This document shows positions 9,001 to 16,494 of a DNA stretch of 64,000 bases, one piece after another. Numbering within the stretch: position 1 is the stretch's first letter; each line of letters begins with the position of its first letter. The notes beneath the pieces are model-generated. The model saw only the letters and a program-made list of their open reading frames with translations. It was not told the origin of the DNA and did not search any database. The position numbers and the translations under genes are program-made. The DNA is taken from contig OZ025671.1 of the NCBI GenBank assembly GCA_964019335.1, positions 434,001 to 498,000 of the forward strand, in the 5' to 3' direction. The DNA is from Diplonema japonicum (Eukaryota; Protista; Euglenozoa: Diplonemea).

Positions 9001-11488
9001 GTGCTTTGCGCACCAGAGGCCTCTCGACCTCGATCACAGTTTCTACAATCCTGTTGTACTGGGAGGCGATGATCTCAAGTTTCGCGATCCACACACGGAA
9101 CTCACCCCTCTGTGCAAACACGGACTTTACCTTGTGCCCAAGGTCCACCCCGGTACATTGCAACGCGGATACATCTTCCAGTGCTTGTGCCAGGCCTCTG
9201 TCAAAGCTGACGACTAGCAGGCCGCTAGCACCCAACCGCTTGAGTAGTGGGTTGTCCAGTCTATCCAAGCATAGCGTCGTGACGTGTGTCTTCCAAGCTG
9301 TCGTCTTCGCCTCCTTCCACTTGACAAGTGTCTCTTCGAAGATCCGCACCATGTTTTGTACGGAGGTCCCCTCGGGTGTTTTGAATTGCTTTCTAGAAAG
9401 CTGCACCAACCTATCCAATTGAGTCCTTACCCTGTTGAGGAGTGCATTGACCCACAAGTGCATCGATGTGATGTTCGGTAGATGCGACGGCACAGGACAC
9501 TGAGGAGGCTGGCCCTCTGGCTCCGCACCGGAGACAAGCACCTCCCAATATACTTTTCGAGACTCAAACGTATGGAAGAGATGCTCCACTTCGGTCCGGA
9601 GGCGTGTGACGAGCTCAGTGAGTTTTGATTCCTTTTCTGTGGTGATGGCACTGTTGCGGAACTGTCCTATGGAGTCAAAGAGGCTGGTCGCTCGTTGAGG
9701 CTGCGAGCCGCTGAAGCTTTTTGCGACGACGAGGGCGATGCGGTCGTCGAAACCAGCCACCTTCGCAGTGAATCGTACATAAGCCTCTTCAAAGGCAGGA
9801 CTGGAAGGGTCAATGATCCCGTTCACTATGTTGCCCCATGTCAGCGTCTCTTTGTGAAATTCTTTGTAGACCTGTTTGATGATCTTTCCCAAATCGGCAC
9901 CCCTGTCACCCCCAGGCTCGAAGTGCTCCAACTTGCTGAACCTATTCCGCACCTCGAACACCTCAACAAGGTCGCGTATCCGCTGCAAGATCTTGTCCAC
10001 ACGAGAGAAGACAGGCGTCTCCTCAAGCCACCAGGGTCTGCCCTGTTGTGCGTTGACCTGTGTCCTGTACGCAAAGAACAGTTCCTTGAAACGCGACGTC
10101 ACGTGCAAGGCATCCTTTAGCTTTGCGAGCACGGCAGCAGGGCTGTCCCCGAACAGGTCGGTCTCGGTCAGGAACATGGTAGCTTTTGTGACGATTGTGT
10201 TGCTCAGCATCCTGAACAACACCATGAGGCAGCTCATGTCGTAGTGCGACGAAGTGTGCCAGACAAGGGAAATGAGGTGGAAGATCTGTGGTAGGTAACC
10301 AGGGATGTCGCGAAAAGCAGAACTTTCAAGCTTTTCAAGCGGCTTTTTAAGAGTCAGGAGATGTATGTGAATGTCTCGTGCCTCCACAAGCGCTTGGTCC
10401 AGCTCTGTTATTAGTATATCGAAGGCGGTCACGTAAGCGGAGTTCGCCTTGGTGAGCACCTCAACCACACCCCGCACTCTCGATGAGGATAGCTGTTGCA
10501 CAACACCCCGGAGGTTGCCGTGGCGGTGCTGCCAGAACTGAAGTTCAAGCAGTGCTCCTGGGAATGTTCCGCAGGCCTCCAGCTGGTCCAGTTTCGTCAG
10601 CGATTTCTTATTGAGGATGGCACGGATGTGCCGTGACCATTCCACAATGGCTGTCTCGTAGATATGGATCGCTCTCCGCTTCTTGTCGTTCATGTTCGAT
10701 GAGATCTCAGCCTTGACAGCGGGCACCTCCGGCGGCAAAGGGAGGATCACAATCCCTCTAATCTGCCCTTCGAAATGTTGCAGAATACCTGAGAACTTCT
10801 GCGTGTGGCGGATCACATCGTGCTGAACGACCTTGGGCCAGTTCATGCCTGACTTCGCGCCTAGAATATACGGGATGAAAATGGATTCCAGCTCAAGACG
10901 GAAGATATTGAGCGACTCGGGGCGAAAATGGGTGCCAACGACATCCGCCATCATGGCCTCCGTGGTGTTGAGGGGGAAGTACTTTTTGGAACGTCTCCAG
11001 AACACCATGCATTTCTGGCAGGACGGTGTTGTGGGGACTTTGCTCATGACTTTGAAGGATTCGTCTCTGGTGATGTAGAAGACAAGCGTCGAACTGCGGC
11101 CTTCGATGAAGTCTTCCACTGCCCGCATGGCCTTGGGGTCTTCGAAGAAACGTTTCCACCACCGCCTGCTGACCCTGCCCTTCATACCTGCCATGACGCG
11201 TTCGCTGAGCCACACGACTTGAACTTTGCTGAAGAAGCTGAGCTCTTCCGTGTTGAACTGTGAAGGGCGTGCCTTCATGCTGTCGCTGCTTCGTCGAAGC
11301 ATGATGTCTTCAAACCCTGGTTTTTTGTCGTAAAAGCTAGGTGACACGAGCTCCGGAAGCTCTGTCTTGGAAACAGGTGGGTCGTTGAAGTGCAAGCACA
11401 TCCCGCTCTGCCCTTGTTGGGAATACATAGACAGGTTGTGCGCAAGATCTGCAAGGCCGTTCCCGTCACGGCGGATACCCGCTGCCAT
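1..11488 (-). CDS. Axonemal dynein heavy chain, outer-arm beta-like (DNAH9/11/17-type); 3' end runs off the window
   Basis: Absent from the ORF track, apparently because no stop is reached in the window. Minus-strand segments translated by hand from ATG 11488 give WPKVVQHDVIRH...GQIRGIVILPLP, AAA1 GPAGTGKTETVKDL and WGCFDEFNRI, AAA2 GKPATGKT and DTEWIESMNSAMDDNKVLTLASNDRI, AAA3 DDINTP..EKYGTQ, AAA4 GVSGSGKQS, and AAA5 VNFAVTEEGLEEQLL. The same frame holds at 11488, 5428 and 661, so it is apparently intronless here. Confidence 0.95.
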   Translation of the reverse strand, partial: MAAGIRRDGNGLADLAHNLSMYSQQGQSGMCLHFNDPPVSKTELPELVSPSFYDKKPGFEDIMLRRSSDSMKARPSQFNTEELSFFSKVQVVWLSERVMAGMKGRVSRRWWKRFFEDPKAMRAVEDFIEGRSSTLVFYITRDESFKVMSKVPTTPSCQKCMVFWRRSKKYFPLNTTEAMMADVVGTHFRPESLNIFRLELESIFIPYILGAKSGMNWPKVVQHDVIRHTQKFSGILQHFEGQIRGIVILPLPPEVPAVKAEISSNMNDKKRRAIHIYETAIVEWSRHIRAILNKKSLTKLDQLEACGTFPGALLELQFWQHRHGNLRGVVQQLSSSRVRGVVEVLTKANSAYVTAFDILITELDQALVEARDIHIHLLTLKKPLEKLESSAFRDIPGYLPQIFHLISLVWHTSSHYDMSCLMVLFRMLSNTIVTKATMFLTETDLFGDSPAAVLAKLKDALHVTSRFKELFFAYRTQVNAQQGRPWWLEETPVFSRVDKILQRIRDLVEVFEVRNRFSKLEHFEPGGDRGADLGKIIKQVYKEFHKETLTWGNIVNGIIDPSSPAFEEAYVRFTAKVAGFDDRIALVVAKSFSGSQPQRATSLFDSIGQFRNSAITTEKESKLTELVTRLRTEVEHLFHTFESRKVYWEVLVSGAEPEGQPPQCPVPSHLPNITSMHLWVNALLNRVRTQLDRLVQLSRKQFKTPEGTSVQNMVRIFEETLVKWKEAKTTAWKTHVTTLCLDRLDNPLLKRLGASGLLVVSFDRGLAQALEDVSALQCTGVDLGHKVKSVFAQRGEFRVWIAKLEIIASQYNRIVETVIEVERPLVRKALDQIHSILDEGLIELTWRSPRINDFVSRASKAVSCLHGNMIYLKGNISVVTKILKNWKTMHKVIHFSEEESWESRKKSILHELTEIWQGEASSGLTDQERVGRKWLRKWREKVSLRIRSLDDIVRQYNRIRRLIDGSRQVLGVDAHSPAWCTYLDYVNKLFVTGFILAVKRSLEYLLKFLEVVKILDAYGKPPEHKLTLHTKESSPLMHIKLILANGEAAFSPSIHRDDFGSVQYRVYEWCNTIFEVGRQLPRLDDPSNHYYVLLFDHPELNIIKDEILRLMVNTVNKLEAVRMDFLKYSYLYQDDIDTYVERFATKSLMGDGNHEKLPEPFEDLSNENDSDEDSDELQFTGEEEAKPDGVGLLDSPANDRPTIAEFEAQIIKYERLRIEIEGLPSEVSYGWITLDTSIIKSELVRLACEWRTRFLSFQRNKLIQNLARFKEFVAKTQNGIAIHSLDHVKNYQDLVSVMRHLVKFQANTEQFDRMYEPSKSVVVLLKKHDIHLPSTVLSDVENAPVLWRDLKKRCFFVNEMLAPRQIEEVTKIRAMELSFEKRTMLFYTNTFQKKEPTSLDTPPRLAYKMIQELHVMVLHIEHQLRELRQKQRLFQLMPSPGRAVKNCRTDLILLKYLWDAASLALYQMEAWNHVPCSNVNLNEMEERVQRLISMINSLDKRVRRWDVYRDIEAKAKNFLVSLPLIQSLRTPAMRPIHWEELMAKTGVFFDFKELTIENLISLNLHKLPDEVVAIVGKAVRQAQIEEQLTALDKAWDELLLQFDTQQGVDYPSFSVPDIVQVTIEEHQLLLQGLCQNRYVSEYLNEVQAWQKTLATVESVLTMFIEVQKMWRHLQTIFIGSDDIKSQLPRHTQLFLELDGQVKLLLREAARTPYIVPLCCNEGRETALLALQGQLTNCERALEGYMNQKRKTFPRFYFVSTPHLLEILSKASKDPAQIMMHIPRVMQDIATFTLDGYMAVGVLGCGGETFSLSNTVICSSRVEHWLQNCVESVATTIFTLIEQAILSSSGKSKSQWMKQYITQVVLVASHIHWTVDVSSTFHAMEEGNETALKEQHRRCQEQLNELIELVPNSSLTSIMRRRVMNLVIQAVHQTDVLLDLVDKKAESKNAFAWQRQLRHRLNEKTRGVIAEICDCSFNYGGEYNGDNVRLIVTPLTERIYITLTQSMRLKMGGAPSGPAGTGKTETVKDLAKQLGRACYVFNCSEQMTFSTLSSVFKGLASGGVWGCFDEFNRIRLSVLSVVALQFKHIFDAQRQNKKEFFVGKEEANLHMNCNIFITMNPGYLGRTELPDSLKALFRPVTVVAPDNAMICENLLLAEGFSDARNLAKKFIALFELSEKLLSKQSHYDWGLRSIKSLLVAAGELKRCKRNTDEQLILMQALRDFNLPKVVAVDIDIFCGIINDLFPGVSLTVNRRAEKFDKCIKQVCSTLGMQPEEGLLTKCHQLHELREIRHCVMVVGKPATGKTTTRKILLESYRLQGYKYVDKVINPKAVTTSELFGYVDRKNEWKDGLASSIIRNCTTLSSKEHSWVIFDGDIDTEWIESMNSAMDDNKVLTLASNDRIQLTPNIVLMFEVGNLQYTTPATVSRAGILYISSTDIGWLPYLQSWFDKKQMGSTITPLIDKYVQKCLDFVCIDVKTTLPQSEFSLVRQLCAYVDLLLRKEESAEIHNEREAEHWFIFACIWAFGGALNETVHRARFDRWWRAEWKCLKFPEAGTVFDYCLSSESKKLEKWSETAKKMHNPEPLLCSPLSTQFVTTPSLCVVKFFFDRLIEKKQPILLVGGDACGKTLLVQDRMKILPESTAHQNVCFNYYTTATSLQGQLQLKLERKMGRRWGPIGHSNLIWILDDINTPMVEKYGTQTPLALLRQLLDYKMWYEKARWQALEINDVQLVSIMNPTQGSYTINQRFQRHFVCLQVPTLARETVSCILNKLITNNISCEKGLKTLERLIETTLDIHDGLRKELQKTAVKFYYALSMRQLTQVFEGIVLGCDGVLLPLVPLLKLWVHEVHRTYSDRLYDIHDVGLFRIVVKRIAEQAFSYEPMIDDILCSKLLYGTFHNDDSKYSQLPSVEKLIDCVNSCRTAKKKLPTLVIFEQAALHVQRVCRVLDRQQGHMCLIGVSGSGKQSIVRLAAYLSQISVMTPSSENNMPNFRDELKSAYLKSGVKGEKTLFLLTESQILKEEMLTDISSLLSTNDMTEIFNIDEREEVIRKVRLVVRNALIVDTAENCWQYFIEQVQEKLHCILCFHPGEAMRVRARRFPALMSHTLQDFFHPWDEQALVAVGEQKLVTRDISIPPPLDSRLVRVMAKMHITAEEVAADFSKLVKYEVAVTCKAFMTFLDIYGHILVEKLALADSNKIRLEAGLAKLKTATTDTYTLQEVLAKKQQQVVDKKAQVDELLHRLGQEKQVVTIENSKSTAEESRATEMQKLVSEKSAEMQTDLARAEPLIEGAQRALDTINKANMIELKSFKSPPMEVQNVLACVIILLTPPPGARDKSWQAAHKLMQRVDVFLASLRNYKKESIPDSSIAQLRPYLSNPDFTGEVVGTKSQAAAGLCEWVRNIVKYYEVYCFVQPKRQQVMDGKLRLEEANSRVSKIKAHVEKLHSKFGELETAVEEARADRDTVIQQAQEMGARLELSQRLVGALGSEQDRWLEGVTGLEEKRTSMIGNVLLAAALTCYAGPFDVNARKKLLDSWCSQIVSAEIPHTEEGMDPVNTLSTPAQLAEWFNQSLPRDSVSIQNACICHWSIRPCLLLDPQYQGLAWVHSWNNPDSRKESKPEIEEADKTKKKRVQLSEPTSKVKKPAVFTRQNSRELQDQLEAAASNGTTIIVEKIFSEVHPLLKLLLRATTGQEVKFKNNVLRIHSNFRLILHSKQKNPVARALLQSDVCAVNFAVTEEGLEEQLLALVVNKEKPGLEAKKQDILFCMNRYKINIMELEDGLIQKISQAGNTLIDSSLVSSLEEMKSTVVELNEKVQLAKTTDTQLNEARD

Positions 11489-11766
11489 GTCTGCTGGTCT
11501 GTGGAAGAGGTGTTAGATGACGTTACTAAGTGGAGGAGAAGGAGGAGAAAAAAAAAAAGGAAAGGAACAAAAAGAGAGAAAGGGAGAGGAGTTTGCACAC
11601 AGTAAGCTTTTTCTTGCCCCTCCCCTTCCTGTCGACAGAAGAAAAAAAAAAAGAGAAAAAAAAAAAAGAAAAAAAAACAAAACTTCGGTTCGAGATTTTC
11701 TTTTTTTTTTGTTTTCGTCTGAATTGCTGCTTTTTTTTTCCCTGCAAGAAAAAGTACGAGCCCAGA

Positions 11767-11767
<1 letters not shown>

Positions 11768-11830
<63 letters not shown>
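11768..11830 (-). promoter_or_regulatory. T63 tract on the coding strand between two genes; candidate polypyrimidine tract for trans-splicing/polyadenylation
   Basis: 63 consecutive A on the plus strand, directly after the stop at 11832 and upstream of the dynein ATG. The function is inferred from euglenozoan RNA processing. Confidence 0.45.
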
Positions 11831-11831
<1 letters not shown>

Positions 11832-11833
<2 letters not shown>

Positions 11834-12236
11834 ATAAAAGGGAAACAACGGCAATAGAAAGCCAATTCATAAGAGCTAGAGCAAGCGGGTTTTCAAGGCA
11901 GGTGAAATGAAGCACCAGAGGCACAGCAATGTGGTAGAAAGGCGTAGAGGAGTGTTTTACAAAGAGGCCAAGATCGAGCCCGCGCAACAAGAGAGATAGG
12001 CTGACTAAGTTGAAAGTAGGGTCTACTTCAGTGATCAAAGAGTAGCCCATGGCGGCTGCTAGACATACTCTGAAGAAACGAGCGCCCTGGATACCAACCC
12101 CAAAGGATTCACAGGCATATACTAGCAACAAAACCCACCACATGCCAAAGCTCTCTGCCGCCCATTGGGCATTGGTATCTTCAGTGCACCATGCAGTTCC
12201 GTTTGCAGCATCAGTAAGAGGCACAAAGGCTGTCAT
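11832..12236 (-). CDS. Small multi-pass membrane protein of unknown function (134 aa)
   Basis: High-complexity ORF with several hydrophobic segments. The ATG is directly preceded by an A-run, as in most genes of this window. Confidence 0.6.
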
Positions 12237-12547
12237 TTTTTTTTTTTTGTGTATGTTGTGTACAAGGATATAACCACCCTCTTTTTTTTTTTTTTTTTTT
12301 GCGGGGAACAGAGGGAGGAAGAAAGAAACACATTAGAATAAAAAGATAATAATAATAAAAAAAGAAGACTTTTTTTTCTTTTTTTTTTTTGACAATGAAA
12401 AAAATAAAATAAAATGAAGTAAAAAAAAAAAAAGGAATAACAAGGGGAAGGGGAGAGGGAAGACAGAAAGGAAAGAAGAGGAAAAAAAAAGGGGAGGGAA
12501 GGGATGAAAAATCGTGTCTCCATATATTTCCTTTTATATATATATAT

Positions 12548-14127
12548 GGGTCGATTTCAAAACCCCCCCCCCAAAATGAGGCCAATTGACACTTTCGTTG
12601 CATCTTTGGGCATGCCGCCCCCTTTAAAAAAAATTCTCCATATTTCCCGGCCCATATTAGGAAAGAACCCGGGTCAGAAATCGCTCAAGGGTGCTATTTT
12701 GACCTATGAAAAATTCAGTCTTAGGGTAAAAATCGGGTTTTAATGGTTTTGGTAAAGTCAGAGAGTATGCTTTCAATAGCAAGAAATAGCGGAACTCACT
12801 GCTAGAAGGTGGCTGAAATGATGTTGGAAGTGGAAACCTTCATTTCCTAGTCTTCTGCGGCTGAGATGTGCTGCTGCTGAGTGGGCGACCTCGTTTCTTT
12901 TTCATACTATTAGGCCTTCTACCGCATTTTGGGGGGTTTTAAGAGATTCGTAGGTGTGCTTGGTGCTTTGGGCTTGTCATGGGGTGTCGAGTATTTTTGT
13001 AATTTGGTTACTATTCTTTCTCGTTTTTCAAGTCCGGGAAGGCTATCAGGAACGTCCTCATACTCATCACAAGATTCATAGACTGGGGGCCTTTTCTCTG
13101 CCCTGTCTGCAGCGAGTTCTTTGATGATGTACTTTAGTTCTTTCTAGCTCGTGGACGCACACGTAGCAAGTACACCCTCCGGTGTGCTCCTGAGCTCATA
13201 TGCACCTGTAAAATCCGGAAACTCAAGAATTTTCTTTTTGTACGGGCCAAAGACATCAGTAACTACATGCACGGCGCACCGTATCGTATTGGTGATGTTA
13301 GCTATTTGTTCCACAGTTTTAATTGTTGTGGAACGAGGCACCCAAAACCAAACACGAGAGAGCACACCAAAGTGGCTGTCCCTGTTGTTTTTGCCGTGTT
13401 TCTCCCCCAGAAACCACAGGGAAAACGTCCGATCGGGATATACATAACGAAGACCAAAAAGAACAAAGTAGCAAAATTCCTTTGCACGAAAGTGACGCCC
13501 ACCGTCAGTCCAGAGTATCCACTCCATTTTTTTCTTTATTTTTTTCTGTGCCCATGCTACTGTGGAACAAGACTTTTCCAACAGTAAGGCCAGCTGCCCT
13601 TATTTCATCATGTGTGATGTGGTCAAGCCTCATGCCTCTGACCAATTGGCGCCGTGTGGTGTCTTGTTGGCTACTAAATCAACCAGAAAATGATAGCAGA
13701 AGTGCCGCTAGAAGTTCCCCTTTACACACTACGCCACAAACTAGTGCAGCACAGTCGTTGCCACTGAGCTTCTCAAAAACCTCTGTGGCGAGTGTCCTGA
13801 TCGCCGTGGTGTTCCCATTTGCCCTTTCTCGGTCCGAATACCATTTTTTTTTTACCCCTAGCTTCTCAACAGCAAGTTTAAAAGCATCCATTTTTGTCAC
13901 TCCCTCTTTTACTGAATTTGTGCAAAGTGAAAAAACCCATTTTTGCCCCTAGGACTGAATTTTCTGGGTACTAGTAACACTCACTTTCCCATTTTCTGGG
14001 GTGTTTTCTTTCCTAACCTGGGCCGGGAAAGTTGTAGAATTTTTTTTCTTTGGGAAAAAGTACTTAGAGAAATATTGAAAGTGTCAATTGGCCTCATTTT
14101 TTGGGGGGGGGTTTTTGAAACGATGCC
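12548..14127. mobile_element. Degenerate DNA transposon (1,580 bp) with long imperfect TIRs and ATAT target-site duplication; Sola-like
   Basis: The left end GGGTCGATTTCAAAA-C-run-AAAATGAGGCCAATTGACACTTTC matches the reverse complement of the right end, GGCATCGTTTCAAAAA-C-run-A-run-TGAGGCCAATTGACACTTTC. A second inverted block (TTTCCCGGCCCA..TTAGGAAAGAA) lies at ~12645 and ~14005-14030. ATAT flanks both ends (12544-47 and 14128-31). A transposase remnant lies inside. Confidence 0.85.
13144..13581 (-). pseudogene. DDD/E transposase catalytic-core remnant
   Basis: WILWTDGGRHF...WFLGEKHGKNNRDSHFG resembles the second and third acidic motifs of Sola-type transposases (xSDG..QF/Y; F...HGK...D..G). 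Flanking pieces (13679-13900 and ~12910-13140) are separated from it by stops or frameshifts. Confidence 0.7.
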
Positions 14128-14214
14128 ATATATAAAAAAAAAAAAAAAAAAAAAAGGAGGGGGAAAGAAAGACTATAACCGAATTTGGGGAAATAATAAT
14201 AAATGATTGTGGAG

Positions 14215-14252
<38 letters not shown>

Positions 14253-14703
14253 TTTTTTTTTTTTTCTGTTTGCCACACGCAGTGATTTTTTTCTTTTTTT
14301 CTAATTACGGATGAAATGGGGGAGGGGGGGGGGGCGGCGACATGTTAAGAAGAGTTTATCCCCGCAGGAGGGGGGTTTTTTTTTTTATTTTAAAAAAAGG
14401 CTGAACAAAGCTGCTTCGAAGTTGCAGTAAAATGAAAAGTGCGAGCGACGAAGGTGTTCTTACATAGAAAAAGAAAAGGACAGGGATAAGAAAAGAGAAA
14501 AAAGAAAATCACCAATGATAGGGGAAAAACTAAGTCGTTCTGCAGCGTGCCTACTTTATGATGCTCTCTGCCACCCACAAAGAAAAAAAAAATGTTAAGT
14601 TGCGTGTATTTCACGCTGCTTGCCATTTTTAATTTTTTTTTTAAAAAAATCTTTCGGTCTCTATACGGGGGAACGATAACTTACTCCGATGATGACTGAT
14701 AGC

Positions 14704-14903
14704 NNNNNNNNNNNNNNNNNNNNNNNNNNNNNNNNNNNNNNNNNNNNNNNNNNNNNNNNNNNNNNNNNNNNNNNNNNNNNNNNNNNNNNNNNNNNNNNNN
14801 NNNNNNNNNNNNNNNNNNNNNNNNNNNNNNNNNNNNNNNNNNNNNNNNNNNNNNNNNNNNNNNNNNNNNNNNNNNNNNNNNNNNNNNNNNNNNNNNNNNN
14901 NNN
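14704..14903. other. Assembly gap (200 N)
   Basis: Exactly 200 N, which suggests a fixed-size scaffolding gap. Adjacency across it is not sequence-proven. Confidence 0.99.
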
Positions 14904-15669
14904 CTTTGCGGCTGGGCCATTTCTTTTTTCTTTCTTTTACTATACAGTGAAATAGACTTGTTGAAAGTTGATGAAAAGAGGATACACAAATACAGGATGG
15001 GGGATTCCTTCACAGTGAGGGTGTCTCTGGTCGTACATAAATAAATACAGAACCTCAACTTCAATAGCCTTGCAAACTCCGCTGAAGAGACATATCCTTG
15101 TTCCTTAGATTTTCTTGTTAGGTATGATAGCAACAAGGAGCTTTGGGTAAGAAAAAAAAAAGAATAAAATTCAAATTAAAACGTGCAAGCTCCCTGAGAC
15201 GAAAGCCACATGCCCTAAAAAGGGGAAGGGGTATGGTCAGTACTTGGTATCTCTTAGTTTCGGACATATCTCGCGACTCCTCCAGGTGCTTCTTCAGGTG
15301 AGAGGTACTCTTCAATGGCTCCTATTAGCGTCCCAGCAGGTTGGAGAGTACTTTTCCCGACCACGGTCTTCGCATTCGCTCTGATAAAATGATATTTTGC
15401 GGTGAACCTGTTGCCGTTCTTTCAATTGCAATGCTTGTTTTGCCATGAGGTGGCAGGCTTTGCAACCGGCTGCTCCTGGGAAGCGAAAAATAGAGGTTTC
15501 CTCTTCGGAATCGCTGCTTTCGCTGCCGCAGACACGTTTTTTTACTGGCGGTGGGGACGTACTTCATGGCATCAGCCTTAGCAGTGCGTTCCATATTTTC
15601 GGACCGAATGGCCACTTTCTCATCCTGAGATTGAGCATCAAGACGGCGAGGTTTGATTGTGTTTTTCAC
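14904..15669 (-). pseudogene. Fragmented ORF, possible tyrosine-recombinase (TATE/VIPER/DIRS-type) remnant
   Basis: Three broken ORFs (15325-15669, 15118-15315, 14904-15136). FRACGFRLRELAR resembles recombinase box I (GxRxxEL). No HxxR/Y box is visible; it would fall in the gap. Confidence 0.3.
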
Positions 15670-15797
15670 CTGCCTGGGGGCCGTCTTTCACCCGCCTGGG
15701 CCTACCCACCCCCAACCCCTACCCAAGGCCAGGGAGGGAGAAAAAGAAAGGAGAGGGCTTGGCCAGCCAAAGAAAAAGAGGTTTATTTATAGCTATT

Positions 15798-15859
15798 TAC
15801 TGCCAACAAGTAATGACTTTACCGTTACCTCGAGGTCGGTAAAGCATTACTTGGCGGTA
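15798..15859. repeat. 62-nt near-perfect palindrome/hairpin
   Basis: TACTGCC(AAC)AAGTAATG(A)CTTTACCG(TT)ACCT-CG-AGGT-CGGTAAAG-CATTACTT-GGCGGTA. Confidence 0.85.
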
Positions 15860-15868
15860 GGTAAGTGG

Positions 15869-16470
15869 TTTTATTTCACGACACTCAGAAATTACTTCAC
15901 CACGAGGGGCACAACAGGGTGACAAGGGGTACAACAAGAGAGGGGTTACAAAGGTTACAATACAAGTTGTTTTCCCTCCTTTTGTTGACTAAGAGCTGCC
16001 GCTGTCGCTGCATTGCCACTGTCACCATCTCTAATCAGGCCTTCCCATACCTGGCACGGCCGCTGGCTCCTTTTTTTCTGCTGCTTCGGTATTTTGAAGT
16101 CATTTGGGGAGCTTGGGTAAGCTGACTAAGTTACCCTTACCCACAGAAGAGTTACCCCCAGAAACTGGGAACAAGGCCTAGCCAAAAGTGGGCAAATTGG
16201 GAGGAAAAAGTAGTCCAACTTGGAACCGAGCCGAGGCAAAAGTTGGCCAATTGAGCTGAACCTGGGGGGAAATAGCAAACTGAGAGGAAAAAGTAGCCCC
16301 ACTGGGAACCGAACCGAGGCAAAAATTGGCCTACCGAGGCATATTATTTAACGGAAACCCCCTATTACTTCACGGAAAACAGGCCATTATTTCACCGTGA
16401 AGTAATGAGATTTAGCGTGAAGTAATGGGCCCCCCAGTGCGTGAAGTAATTTCTGAAGAGTGAAATAAAA
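15869..16470. mobile_element. MITE-like non-coding element (~600 bp) with ~30-bp TIRs and repeated ATTACTTCAC motifs
   Basis: Left end TTTTATTTCACGACACTCAGAAATTACTTCAC; reverse complement of the right end TTTTATTTCACTCTTCAGAAATTACTTCAC. Further ATTA(C/T)TTCAC or GTGAAGTAAT copies lie at ~16364, 16387, 16397 and 16417. No clear TSD. Confidence 0.6.
16201..16331 (+). repeat. Two 48-bp direct repeats (16201-16248, 16284-16331)
   Basis: GAGGAAAAAGTAG.CC.ACT.GGAACCGA.CCGAGGCAAAA.TTGGCC, 43/48 identical. Confidence 0.9.
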
Positions 16471-16494
16471 AAAAAAAAAAAAAAAAAACCTAAC

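Noticed and set aside
192-11263. Many plus-strand and off-frame ORFs over the dynein gene (and similar ones over other genes, e.g. 59803-60693)
   Set aside because: Antisense or alternate-frame shadows of real minus-strand CDSs, with no recognisable motifs.
11275-11910. Poly-Phe/poly-Lys/poly-Pro ORFs here and in most spacers (e.g. 44360-45211)
   Set aside because: Translations of homopolymer runs that simply lack stop codons.
16190-16450. Repeat-spacer-like pattern suggestive of CRISPR
   Set aside because: Only two long repeats, irregular short motifs in both orientations, eukaryotic context and no cas genes.
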